Source: Klebsormidium nitens (Eukaryota; Plantae; Klebsormidiophyceae). Taken from it: a stretch of DNA of 64,000 nt. The stretch lies in the NCBI GenBank assembly GCA_000708835.1, contig DF237098.1:54133-118132 (forward strand). Direction: 5' to 3'. The position numbers and the translations under genes are program-made. Below the pieces are notes generated by a model. That model was not told where the DNA came from, ran no database searches, and was given only the letters and a program-made list of their open reading frames with translations. Below, in pieces: positions 38,701 to 50,562 of the stretch (position 1 is its first letter; every line of letters begins with the position of its first letter).

Positions 38701-41700
38701 ACCAAGTTTCCGACTTTGTTTGATGCCCATTGAACTAACATGGTTAAGGGCGAAATGTTGCTGTGACTATCGTTAGAACTTACCCGTCCCTTGTAGTGCG
38801 ACACGATACTTTGGAGCCGCGCCACCATCGCCTTGTAGAGGTCGCTGTTGGGAATGCCTCCAGCGGTGCTTAGAGCGGCGACCCAAGGCTGCGCAAGGAA
38901 CGCACTTTTTTGAGGAGAAGGCCTGGCGTCCTTACTTACTTCACGGATCTTTTCTTTGTGTTTATGAACTCTCAGATTAACAGTCTGTTCCGGGGGTTTG
39001 CCCCCGGCGGCGCTCAGGGCGGCCACCCAAGGCTGTAAAAAGCGCGCAAATGCTCAGGTTAGGAATTTCCTCTTTTGTATGTTGCAGATTCTTGGAAGCC
39101 GTAGGGTTTCTGAGTACGAGAAAGCCCCCGGCAGTGATCAGAGGGACAACCGAGAGCTGCACACATCGCGCAAAATTGTAGCCGTTCATGGTTTTTAGAA
39201 GGATTGGGCTTTCGGGGTTTGAGAATAGTTTAGGGCTGTAGCAATACAGGTCGCTCAGGGATCTGCCAAAAGCTGGTCCCAGATTGACAGTCAGAGGGTG
39301 CCAAGTGCACGCGGATTCACACGTTTACTATTTGAGGTGGCAGCTGATCCTCCTATGCGTCTCGCTTCCAGAAGCTAAGAAATCCTGCAACGGGCTTGCA
39401 GGAATTTCAGCTGTTGCTAGCCAAACGTAGACTGCTCTGGCTTGTGAAGACCGCCGAGCAAACCACTCGGAAACCCTAAACGCACCAAACTAGAGCGGTG
39501 AGCCCACCGAAAATACGTTCGGGACGTCTCAGAAGACTATGTGCAAGGGCAAGCTTGTTTGCCAAGCGTTGCTTAACTATTTTTGCTGAGCGTTGCTCAA
39601 CTATCTCTTCACCAATGTTGTTGCACAACATCCTTTGGGACATCCCGAGCGTAATCCAGGTGGGCTCCCAGCTCTAGTTTCAAGGCGTCAAGAATCAATC
39701 GTTGAGCGCTTCTTGAACTTTCTAGACCGATTCTAATCAGCAATTGGACGTCTTGAGAGCACGAACTAGAGCGGGGAGCCCACCTGGATAAGGCTCGGGA
39801 TGTCCCAGAAGATGTTGCGCAACAAAATTGGTGTAGACATAGTTAAGCAACGCTTAGCAATCAACTTAAAAGTCCTGAAAGCACCAACTAGAGCGGGGCA
39901 TTTCACCTGGATCACGCTCGGGATGTCCCAGAAGATGTTGTGGCCACGCACGGGAATTCCGTTCTGGTCGCAAAACTCGAGCATCGCGTCGGGAACGCTG
40001 TAGTCGAACGTGGGGCCGTTGGGGTCCGTGAAGTACCACTTCATCTCGTTCTCAAACACTGCAAGCCGAAAACGACGGGTTTAGAGACGGGAATGGACAT
40101 AGAAGCAGAAATGATTGACCGGAAAGGAGAGTCGGTGATGAAGCAAACCGTGTAAACAACACTTGGTCTCATTTGCGAAGACTACAGGCCAGAGTGCCCG
40201 TTTGAGAACATCAATGGCAAAAGGAATGGAGTTTAAGAACCGGACAAAGCACCAACAAAGCAATCTGTGTCCCTGTCGAAGGCTTCAGGATAAAGCCAAC
40301 TGGATATTTTGACGGTCTGACAACCAGTTCCGCTTGGAAAAGTGGAAGGATGGAGAGCAGAATACGAAAAAAAAATCTAGACAAGCTGCGGAGTTTCTGA
40401 GACGGCCACATTGACTACACTCTCGTAACAGCAGTTACAAAGAGATCTGTTTTTCGCTGCAAAGGAGCAAAACTCCCTTTACGTACTCACCAGCTGTGTT
40501 GAAGAGTGACTTGAAGTAGTTCGCATAAGCCGGGGACGTCAGAACGAGTTGCTGAAGCGATCCTCCGAACGGGAAGGACGTCCGGGTCTGAGTGAGTTGG
40601 ACGGTGGCGCCGGACACGGGGTTGTTGCTGGCGTCAACGACCTGGACGCTGACGTCAGTCTTCCGGATCTGCAAAAGGAAGGGACGTCGAGTCGTAATCG
40701 ACGAGCAAGGGGTGTGGGGCGAGTAGTAATCTGCATCGGGCGGGGGCAACTAGGGGTGTCGGATGCTCACTTTGGTCTGTTTGGATGCAACAGAAAGAAG
40801 AGAAGTTTGAGTCGTAGGGAAAGTGGAGCAGAACCCAACGATTCTGGGCGTCAGCAAGATGTAAGCAGATTGATTGAATCACGGGTTTGGTTAACGACAT
40901 TCACCGCAACAGTGCGAACAGCCAGATTGATTTCAAATCCTCTGGCACCTAGATGATGGACACAGGATGCAAGCAATCTTGCTAGCACTGAGTGACTGAG
41001 GTCTGTTAACCAGGATGGTTAGCAATCCTGGGTAACCACTTGACGCGGCAGTCCAGGCAACCAGATCGTTGAAATACTGGTTCTTGGGCACCGAGGAAAT
41101 GGACACGGCGTGTACCCAGGCGCGAGTATCGAAGAATGGGTTACATTCTTGGTTAGCTACTCACCGCAGCAGTGCGGGCAGCCAAATCGTTGAGGTACAG
41201 GTTCTTGGGCACGGAAATGATGGAGACGGCTTACACCCGTAACGAAGGTTCGTTGACCGATATCCGGGCTATCTTGACCAGTTCGGTCAGCAACTTAACG
41301 CAGCAGTGCGGGCTGCTAAATCGTTAAGGTACAGGTTCTTGGGCACCGAGATAATGGAGACGGCGTGCAGCCCAAGCTTTACACCCGTAACAAAGGTTCG
41401 TTAACCAATACCCGGGCTATGTTAACCAGTCGATTAGCAACTTACCGCAGCAGTGCGGGCAGCCAAATCGTTGAGGTACAGGTTCTTGGGCACGGAAATG
41501 ATGGAGACGGCGTGCAGCCAAAGGTCCTGGTTGGTGATGCCTTGCAGGCGGACGTCGACTCTGTTGGGAACCGCTTGGATCTGGTAACCGGCGGAGAGAA
41601 GGGACCAGCATCCGACCTTGGCAACCAGAACCGCACCTGTGAAATGATACTTTCTCTTGTCAGATTCTAGATTATGGAGGTTCTGAAGTTTTGGGCTCAA

Positions 41701-44700
41701 AAGTGGACGTCGACTTTGTTGAGCACGGCTTGAACGTGATGAACCGGCGGAAAGAACCAACCTAGCAACTACGCTTCGTAGCTAGGACGGCACCTGCAAG
41801 CAAGAAGTTCGATGTTCTAAAGTTGAGGATGTGAATCGGAGAGTATCAGGTTCAAGACTGACGCCGACTCTCTAGAAACCGGCTTAGACTTCGCAACCAA
41901 GGGAGTGCAGGGGTCGGCAGCCGACCTTGTCGACTAGAACGGCACCTGTTGCAACCAGAATGGCACGTGCAAGGAACACGTTCTTGAGATGAAGATTTTC
42001 AATTTGAGAGCTTTGAAATTGCAGGACTGCATTGCTGTTGCAAAGTAATTGGAGCGCAAGCACCACCAACGGCAGAAGGAACAGTCACCGAGCAGGAATC
42101 AAGTGGGTCTTACCTGCACACACGTAGTCGCCGTTGATCACGAAGTTGAGGTCCATCTTGAACTCGGAGTTGGCGCCGGGGCCTAGTCGCACCCAGAACA
42201 GCACCTGCTGCTGCGAACCGACGGGGACGGAACTGCCCGGGAGTGTGAACGAGAAGGCCTTGAAATTGGCGTTGATGTTCGTCAGGCGCACGTACGGAGT
42301 GCCATCGCTGCAAAAAACAAGGCCCAAAACTTTCAACTGGAGAAACATACAAACGAGAAGAGAAGTGAAGTAGTTGGAAGTCTATCGCAATGCGAAGCGC
42401 CCGGCAGAGTGCAAAAAAAGAAGGCCTTGAAGTTGGCGTTGATGTTCGTCAGGCGCACGTACGGAGGGCCGTCGCTGCACAAAACAAGGCCCGAAAGTTT
42501 GGGGATATTCCATGATTCTGTTCCTGCACGCGACCTTCCTGGGTGGACTGCTTGATTGCCCGGGAGGGTGAGTGAGGAGGCCTTGTCGTTATGTTTGATG
42601 TTCGTCGGGCGGACATACGGAGGGCCGTCGCTGCAAGAAACAAGGCCCCCCCAAAAAAGGCCGTCCCCCGGAATTGGATTCCAACGACGGACCGGATAAG
42701 TGCCCAGGAGAATGAATGATATTGGATGACAAGGTCTCGAAGTTGGCTTTCGTGTTTGTGCTTAAGGCTAATGAACGGAGTACCGTCGCTGCAGAACACA
42801 AAATCCCAAATAAAGTTCTGCGGTGTTCGTTCGGAGATCAGTGTTTACGACGGGCAACAGCAAAGTGGCCACGAAAGAATGAAAGGTGTCCGACCTTTTA
42901 AGGGAGCCGCACACCTCGGTGAAGAACGTTTGGTCGGAGTCAAATCTCTGTCAACTCCCATATAAGCAAAGACGGAAAAGACGTGCCGACGACCGGGGAT
43001 GATACCCGCCCACCTCGTCCACTGTTTTTGTCGATTGACACATTTATGCGGATACTAAACGAGCACCGGGACGTCCCAACGACCGGGGGGGTCATCCGCC
43101 CACCTCATCTGCTGCTACACTTACCGGCTGTAAATTCTTAACCATTCGACTTCGCACTTCTGCGGTTACCCGAAAAAAACGTTTCGACGACCAGAAGGGA
43201 ATCGCCCACCTCGTCTCCTTATGAAACGACAGCTTTGGTATTCTGCTGATACCACAACAGCGACGAAAAAAGGAAATCGGGCGACTGCCCACCTCGTCTG
43301 TTGGAATGACAGGTCGCCATCGCAGTCGGGGAAGCAGTGCCAGTCGCCCGGAACCCCGCCGTTGGGAACGCCGGTAACTAGGTTGTTGTAGCCTGGGAGG
43401 GGGCCGGAGTTCACCAGGTTCGAGCACCACTGTCAAAGCAGAAGCGGAACGTGTGAGCTCGAAGTTTCGGGTTCCAAACCTGACACATATTCGTAATTCA
43501 GCGAGTAACTGGCGGAAGGGAAGAGGTCAGAAAACTGCGGTCGATTGATTGGTAGGGGGACAATTACAGAGGCTAAGGAGGAAGGTAATAGCAGGGGGTC
43601 CCGAATGTTAAGTTTGGAGGCAGCGGAAAGTCTTCTGCACTCGCAGTTTACTGCAGTTTCCAACTAAAAGAAAGACGCAGGAATTATCCTGGGGTAGAGA
43701 CACACGCTCGTCCGATGCGTCGTAACGGCGATCGAAGCGGTTGAACATTTGGTCAAGTAGTCAGAGCTGCCCACGGCTGACGGAATCAAACGGATCGGTA
43801 CGAAGACGGCTGGAGGACGGCTGATTTGAGTTTCTCCGTACTTCTAGCACCCAGCGACCTTGCCGTTTGATTGTTTGCGCATCCCAATTAGACGTTCAAG
43901 GACTCTGTTCTCTGGCCTGATCTTTGCTGGTTACATGCCTCCACTTCATTCAAACAGTGCTACTAATGGTTTCAGTAACCCTGAGACTGCTCCGCTCAGA
44001 CGACTGAAGGCGAGAGGGCTTCGAATGGCCCAAAAAAGCTGGGGGCTGTTCTCACCGAGCTCTGGACGGGGTCGAAGTTGGGGTTGAATGCAGCTGCAAG
44101 GGCGAACACGAGAGATGTGAATAAACGCGAGCATGTGCAATCAATGAGCATGTTTCCAGAGAGTCTCGAGTCGGACGTTAGGCACTCACCCGAGTTGATG
44201 GAAACCTTAAGAGGATCACTTGAAGCCCTCACGCTTTGGGTCCCAATATTTCGCCATTGCGGAGGCAGTGTAATCGGGGGCTAGAAAGCAAGCGCGGGTG
44301 TCCCACTTTTCCGTTTCAGATGCACACGTGGCGGCTCCTAAGATCTTGATTTTCCTTTCACAAACGTGGACTGGGATACGACACCTCAAGTCACGCGGAA
44401 TAACCACTGGAGTCCGAAACGGACAGCGTGAAATGCCGGGTGCTTGGATGTGTCCAGACCAAACACGTGGAGATGAATTTCTCAACTGCCAGCTTTGCAA
44501 TCCTTGAAAGTTTTCAGAAGCTTAGATTTGCCGAAGCCTCCTTTGCCGTAACTAGGTTCACGTGATAGTGCATAAACAAAGGGAAGCAGCCAGCAATTGC
44601 AACCACGTCAACGAAGCCTTGAAGATACACGTGTCCAGAACCGAGCACTTACCAAGCGGCTGCTGGTGTAAGACCGGGTCGGCTTAGCTAAAGCCTTAGA

Positions 44701-46192
44701 ACCCTAAACCCTAAAATCCTAAAAACCTAATGTCAAAGGGGTTTTGCCAAGTCACTTTCAGAGGCCAACGTGAGGTTGAAGGAGTGCCAGTGTACGACAC
44801 AATGGAACCGAACGATATAGCTCTCCTTGAAATGTTTATACTGAAGTAAGTAGGAAGAACAAGCGTTTGCAGAAATCCAAGCACTTAGAGATACTTCGAT
44901 TTCATGACGTACGGGTAAGCGCCATGAAGGGTAACATCAATACTTCACCAAAAACCTAAACATGCTCCGCACTCGTACCCTAACCCCCTAAGCAACCCGT
45001 CACTGTTAACCTTCAAGGCTCTTAACCTTCATAAATGCCACCAGGATTACTTACGGGGTGTCGCCGGAGTAGCCGGTGGCGGGTTAGACGTTCCAGGGGA
45101 CCCGCTAGGGTACCTCCCGGAGGCACACGTGGCAGCAGCGCCGTTGGACAGCCCGCACGACTGGGTGTCGCAGCACACGAACGTGGTGCCCGCATCTCCG
45201 AAGCACTGAAGAAAAGGGGCGAAAAAGGTGTTGGCCGTGCCAAAATCTGAAATTTCCAGGTCACGAATGTCAATGAGTGAGCCTTACGTTTGTGTGAAGA
45301 GGGAAGGGGTTAAATGCAGAGGAGAGGGGAGCATGACACCCGATTCGTTAAATGGGCTGAAGTTGAGACACATCACGAGTCAGATTGATAAAAGCACGGG
45401 ATCATCTGAGACGGGTCCGTATGCCCACACAACGGCACCAAAGGAGGTGTTGTTTACGACAAACCTGATTGGGGAATTCGGGGTTGGCAGAGCAGTCACC
45501 CTGGGCATCTGCAAGCAAGAAATGAAACGAACAGGCTTAGTGTATAGAGCGGTTGCTCAATTGTCGGAACCGTGTGCGCCTGAACAAAGATAACCCTCTT
45601 TGTGCGGTTGAGGAACGCAGTATCCGAACCATGTGCGCCTGAACAAAGACAACCCTCTTTGTGCGGTCAAGGACCGCAGCATTTCCTACTCTGACACAGA
45701 GGTCCACATACGATGCAGATTTCTTGTGGACTTCTAAAGCCAATATAAGGTACGAAACTAATTTATCCCCTGCGTCCCAGCTCAGAAAGTGTGGGGACCG
45801 AGAATTGTTCGGCAAGAAAGCTCGAGTTGGGTGGTTCCACCCACCAAAAGTAACCCGTTCATATGATTGCCTTTAGGACTGAGGGGCTCCCTTTGTCAAA
45901 CAGTCCAAGTCTGTGATCATCGTCGGACCTTGTAGTTTGAACCGCGGTCGGAGACCTTACAGAAACTTACCCTCCTTGCTAACGCGCAGATGCTTAAAGC
46001 CCCTCACGAAACATACAGCCAAACTTTTGCAAGCGGATCTCACTCATAAAAGTAATCTTCCACGATCAATCTGTAAAACTGGGGTTCAGCACCCAAGACA
46101 GAAAGCGGAGTCTGGGCGATAAATCGGTCTGACTTACAGGCAAAGCTCGTACTCAGTACCAGTGCAACGAGGGCAAATGCGGAAGCCTTCAT
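32735..46192 (-). CDS. Secreted GH10 endo-1,4-beta-xylanase: signal peptide, Cys module, CBM22/CBM4_9-like region, GH10 domain, two further Cys modules with P/T linkers; about 18 exons
   Basis: Signal MKASAFALVALVLSTSFA. Plant GH10-like motifs: AVLVAKVGCWSLLSAG; IRKTDVSVQVVDASNNPVSGATVQLTQTRTSFPFG; VFENEMKWY; PVRGHNIFWD; IVSHYKGR; HWDVNNE (acid/base Glu, ~38193); GIPIWMSEV (nucleophile Glu, ~36580); RECFAHPAVKGFLFW. Stop TAA at 32737-32735 after CASGRYQGA. Confidence 0.92.
35400..35463. repeat. Perfect 26-bp inverted repeat with a 12-nt loop in a GH10 intron
   Basis: ggagcttttggtggcgaccttctagc (35400-35425) and gctagaaggtcgccaccaaaagctcc (35438-35463) are exact reverse complements. Confidence 0.95.
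45567..45685. repeat. Two ~60-bp tandem copies in GH10 intron 1
   Basis: gaacc(g/a)tgtgcgcctgaacaaaga(t/c)aaccctctttgtgcggt..agga.cgcag occurs twice in tandem. Confidence 0.85.
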
Positions 46193-46814
46193 GTTGACGC
46201 AGGTCGAGGTTGTGCCAGCTGCCTTCTTACCACCTGCACAATTGAGACTACCTGTCAATAATAGTGAATGCCAACCAGTCTGACCATACTAGGACCAAGA
46301 AGCAAATTGGAATGCAGATCGTGGGGCCCGATCCTATTATAAGATTAGCACAGCAAATTAAGGTGAGGGAGTCAAGCAAAACCACCATTTTAAATTTCTT
46401 TAGGGGCGCCTAGCCTAGGTGCTTGCAAATCATGGTCTTTGAAAAGCATGAGACAAAAAGGCGGTGAGCACAGTGAGCAACTCTCAATCACGCGCAGGAC
46501 AACCAGACATTGTGAAAGGAACTTGAATGCCTGGGGAGTACATCGAGGCACAGTGGAAAACCCAACCTCCAAGACTGACGTTAGCCTCTGGTATGAATAG
46601 AATGCAGAGAGACGCCAAGCACGGCATGGCGGTCTTGCACTCGAAGAAGCATAGGAGACGTCTCAATGCTTTCACAAAAGTGCGCACTTGCTTCATTTGA
46701 TTGTTTGTGAGGGGAGCTGGAACCATTTTTGATTTAGATTCCTTCAAAACTTGTGGGTTCTGAACTGTAGGCCACGCGTGGAGTCCAATCACATTGACCC
46801 ACCAGGAAATCCTG

Positions 46815-47100
46815 AAGTTGAGGGATCCCTCAGGTTGAGAATGTGCATTTCTAACCCTGCTCCACAAAGCTGAGCACAGCACTCTACTGTCCTCTTTTCT
46901 TCATTGAGGATCCCTCAAGTTAAGATTGTGAACGTCCAAACCCACCTTCCCAAATCTAGCCTAGGAACTGATATTCCAGCAAGTGACCTCAGGTTAAGGG
47001 TCTAAGTCTGGAACCTCATCGCCAAAGCTGAACACATGAGGAGTGCCATAACAATGAGGAATGCCTCAGGTTAAGAACGTGAGTTTCAAGCCCTGCTTGG
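46815..47100. repeat. Four degenerate ~80-bp repeats with core CCTCA(G/A)GTT(A/G)AG upstream of GH10
   Basis: Cores at ~46826, ~46913, ~46987 and ~47064 are roughly evenly spaced. Confidence 0.6.
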
Positions 47101-47271
47101 CTTGCCAGAGGCTCAGCATCGCCCTAACCTCTCAAACTGAACCTCTTCTTCAGCGGACCCTTTGATAGCGAACCCAAGATAAGCAATGCCATGGACGACG
47201 CAGACCATAGAGAAAGGGGCGTAAGCTGACCAAAGCCCAGCCTATCCTCTCTTTCCTGGTTTTGAAAGTTT

Positions 47272-47465
47272 CGGCATCGGGTGAGAGATAAAGAGTGTGT
47301 GTGATTGGCTGATGAGTGGCAGGTGTTTTGTGGGATGTCCGTTAAAACCGACTAGATTGAAGGCATGACGGCATCGGGTGAGAGATAAAGGGTGTGTGTG
47401 ATTGGCTGATGAGTGGCAGGTGTTTTGTGGGATGTCCGTTAAAACCGACTAGATTGAAGGCATGA
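47272..47465. repeat. Near-perfect 97-bp tandem duplication, each copy with a CCAAT box (AGCCAATCA on the - strand)
   Basis: 47272-47368 and 47369-47465 differ by one visible substitution (aaagagtg vs aaagggtg); tgattggct occurs in both. Confidence 0.9.
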
Positions 47466-50400
47466 GTGCAAGGGAGCACATTCAAAAGGTTACACCTTGT
47501 AGAGCGAAGATCGGAGAGCAAACAATCTTGTTGAAGACCAATGGAGAGACAGGGTTATGGTGACAGAGCACCGAAGTAGCTTCTCCTTCTTGCAGCGCGT
47601 GCCAGTGCTTGGTTCCTCTATCCGTTTGCAGGCAAAGGAAATGACATCTTTATCAGTGCTACCGTCTGCATTTCTGATACTTTCAGTTGAAGCTCGATGA
47701 GCCGCCACCACACAGTTGCCTCAATCCATCATTGGTTGTGACAAAAGCACGTTCTAGAATGTGGGGAAGGCTTGAAGTAAAGCTCGCACCTTTTCCACAC
47801 TTCATGGCAGATTCAGAGATTGCAGGCAGCATCTGTCTGGAAAAAAAATCAGTACTCGATTGCATTACAGGAATGAACCACATTGGAAAAGCGCAAGAGC
47901 AAAAATTGTTCTAGATGATTGGAGATACTTGCTAAGGTCAATGCTCTGCACAGATGCTTTGGTCGCAAGAATGCAAAATCTGAAGAGCAATGCTGATGTC
48001 CCTATTGAACTGTTGATAGTGGCGCCAGTATGGCGACATCAGAAGAAGCTTCAGATATTGAGGATTGACAATCATTCCAAGAAAACGTTTCCACCGCCGA
48101 TTCCAAGGACAGGCCGTCAATTACGAGGACATGTGTCTGGCTGCCATCTCAATCAGCTTGTTACATTTGTCTGCCTTCTGACTTTGCCACCTTTTGCTAC
48201 TGTGTAATGGAAGAACTGCTTGGTTTGAACACTCATTGAAAGACAGCTCAGAAACGAGGCTCGGGGCAGAGGGTTTTCTGAGCACCACTCTTCTCAAAAG
48301 TGCTTTGGCATCAACCTTTTCCGAAAGCTCTCACACAGCAATCTCCTTGGTGGTTGAACCATGAGCGTCTATGGCGCCACTCTGAAGACGAGAACTGTTG
48401 TTGGGAAATCAATGACCCTTCAATCAACCATCATCAAGAGATGCAAGAGGACACCCAAAAATGGACCCACATGGGTTTGGTTTACAATGCAATGCAATGC
48501 TGTCAGAATGCGCGGCGTTTGCAATATTGGATGCCAAATTGGATCTAAGATCACAAAGCACAAGCCCTTGCGGTGGCAATGCAAGCCTGGTCATTGACAA
48601 AAGACTAGCCCGCTTCATCTCTTGAAGTAGAAAGGAGTTACGCCTTGCAGCATCTTGTCATCCAAATGAGTTCTTGACACAGAACCATGGAAGAGGGCAC
48701 AGGGAGAGCACAGGGAGATGACATAGTCCCATTATATCTCGAAAAAGGAGCTCACATTCACTTGCACTCCCTATATTTGTCTGCCCTTTCGGTGTCCTTG
48801 TGGGCAAGAAAGATCTGGGCTCCGCAAGTGGCAGTTCGACCCAAATGCGCCCCAGAAAGGAAGACAGCCTTTCTTCAAATGAAACTTTTCAAGCAGCTCA
48901 TGATATGCCCTATGCAATGTCCTTCTTTTAAAAAATCGGGCGTCCTCATTTGAGATCTGGCAGTCAACTTCAGACCACAAGCAGCAATCATACAATCCAA
49001 ATGCTGCTTCTACATTCTGAACCCCCGACAGTCGCCAATAACAGAGCGTGAGACACACATCCGCCACACGTAGCTGCCACCAAAATGCTGATGTCATTCA
49101 CCAGCATTTCGCAGGCGCCTCCCAGCACACCGCTTGAAGGGGCCTGCCACCTTTCCCAGAAAACATAATGCTGATGTTACATGATCCACAGCAAGCCCTC
49201 ACCTCAAGGGAGGAGCGCCCGCTAGTGCTGCCACCTGTTCCCCTCACTTGCGCAGGGTATGCGCTTCCGCGTAGTTTGCTTGGCGCATCAGCGAGAACAG
49301 CGCCCTCTTCTTCTTTTGGGAATGACTAGGGAATGAGACTACCGGTCGTGGACCTCAGCGCTGACCTGCTGAGTCCTGACCTGCTTGTACACGCCGGTTG
49401 CTGCCCTTCACTTCCCCTCAAAACAACGTGCAGGGAAAAGCCTGTCACAACTTGAAGGGCGGCTTGCGAAGGGGCTGATGATTGGTGCACGTCGCACGAT
49501 ATGCCGATTGGGTTCCAACGCTACATGCCAAATGGTACCGGGAACGTGTTTCTCGGACCAGTAAGCTTCACACAGTTGATTCTGACGCGATATGTATCAG
49601 ATGTAAGCGTTTTAACAGTGTCAAGGTGAGTGGAAATTCAGTTCGTGTGCACGTGTACACAACTGCTGGGTACATCACGACATATACATGATGTACCTCA
49701 GTGCACAGCGCAGTGTGCACTGTGCCGACTCCAGAGCGAATCTCTCAGTCAAACACTATTCGACAACCAAGAAGCCGCCACGTGTACCGTCGATATCGCT
49801 TTTCAGATTCCGGGAAACGAACATTCAACGTACTCAACAGTCAACTGGATTGAGGATGACGTCCTTCCGTACAACCATGTACGATGCAACACTTGCAGAC
49901 TGCAGTGTGCAGCGTGCACAATGCAACAGTGCAACAGTGCAACTTGCAAGTCGACTGTCGGACTCAGTTGCCAGTGGCCACCGTCTCTTGGCGCGGCCGT
50001 ACTTGGCGACTGTGCGACAACGTGCGAAAACCTCTTGTTTTCCCTTTCCGGGCGGTCCGAGGATGCCGACCCCCGAGTGCCATTGCGCCTTCCCATCTGT
50101 CCTTCCGCGCACCATTCAGCCGGCCTGCATGGATCTAAAACTGGTGACCCGTGGCCGTGGGTCCGTAAAGCGGATACAGCGGATCGCCAGTTTCTACCGG
50201 TAAGCATTTTTTGCGTCGCCAAGAATGTGGCACAGTGCCATGCTTTGCGAATCTTTGACGTGAACGAGACAGTTAGCGGTACCTACCTACATCATCAAGT
50301 GTTTTGCAACTGGTACCTACATGCATTAAATGGTCTCCAACCGGCGAACCTCCCAACATCGGTGACCCCCCCACCCCGTCGATAAATCTTGTCCAAAAGG

Positions 50401-50562
50401 TCCGTCAATGGAGATTGGTACTGAATCGACGGCGCGCAATTTCGAAACGACCGGTACCGCTTCCCGGGGGTAAAGGTCGGCCACCCCCCACAGACCGGTG
50501 CGTACCGCGCTGGTGATGAAGGAAGATTCCGCGTACATAGGTGGTAGTACAGGTGCACGGTA

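Noticed and set aside
44696-44730. Interstitial telomere-like CCCTAAA repeats
   Set aside because: Only two or three degenerate units beside a splice acceptor; too short to call.
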